A DNA stretch of 64,000 bases from Chiloscyllium plagiosum (lineage: Eukaryota): NCBI RefSeq assembly GCF_004010195.1, contig NC_057754.1:4036223-4100222 (forward strand), given 5' to 3'. The notes below the pieces were generated by a model. It was not told where the DNA came from. It ran no database searches and saw only the letters and a program-made list of their open reading frames with translations. The position numbers and the translations under genes are program-made. Shown here one piece after another: positions 63,553 through 64,000 of this stretch (its first letter is position 1; the number at the start of each line of letters is the position of its first letter).

Positions 63553-64000
63553 GTGAGTAGGTTGCTGAATGGAACACTTGGTCCATGAAGTGTCTTCGTT
63601 TGGTTTTATTCTTAGGTGGGAGGGCGAACCACTTGTTTGAAATATATCACAAGGTGACTGGACTGGTATAAGTCACTGTGGTTCTGGCAAGCGGGCTGAG
63701 TAACACTTCCCCTTTCCAAGGCCACTGACCTCTCCCCTGTTGCCCAGGGCTATTGACCCATCAATATGGCCCAGGACAGTTGACCTTTCCCCTTTGCACA
63801 GAGTTGTTGACTCTTCCCTGTGACCTTGGGCCAGTGCCCCTGTTAAAAAAATTGCAACACTACCAACAGGCAAAATGGTCCGATAACATCACAGCATTTG
63901 CCCCTTTGCCCAACCACTGGAGAGGGGCATTGCTCATCACTGGGCATGATTATTTGCTCTCTGTAGTTAGCCCTGTGCCCAACCCTTGAATAGTGGTATC

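Noticed and set aside
1..64000. Most short ORFs in the six-frame track as genes
   Set aside because: They fall in SINE, LINE or satellite sequence, or are antisense or off-frame shadows of SIPA1 exons; this is intron-rich eukaryotic DNA.

Overview
Vertebrate genomic DNA, very probably from a shark (inferred from HE1-type V-SINEs, HER1/CR1 LINEs and DeuSINE-like repeats). The window holds most of one + strand protein-coding gene, the SIPA1 (SPA-1) Rap GTPase-activating protein. I traced 12 frame-consistent coding exons from ATG 30321 to 63552 (about 1117 codons: N-terminal region, RapGAP domain, PDZ, start of the C-terminal region). Eleven are well to moderately supported; one (62417..62531) is tentative. 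The C-terminal coiled coil lies beyond the window. The rest is repeat-rich: a decayed full-length Gypsy element carrying four nested insertions, a related solo LTR, a Penelope-like element with a GIY-YIG endonuclease, at least four families of short palindromic Penelope-type elements with minimal hammerhead-ribozyme cores and 9-16 bp TSDs, CR1/jockey-group LINE relics, SINEs and a dispersed ~68-bp minisatellite. Main leads: the hammerhead-bearing hairpin elements; inverted minisatellite arrays tightly flanking the start-codon exon (circRNA-type architecture); a CR1 fragment captured inside a Penelope insertion; a probable GC-AG intron; and a SINE tail abutting a splice acceptor. There is one assembly gap (11506..11819). 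All family assignments are from motif recognition, not database searches, and boundaries of old repeats are approximate.
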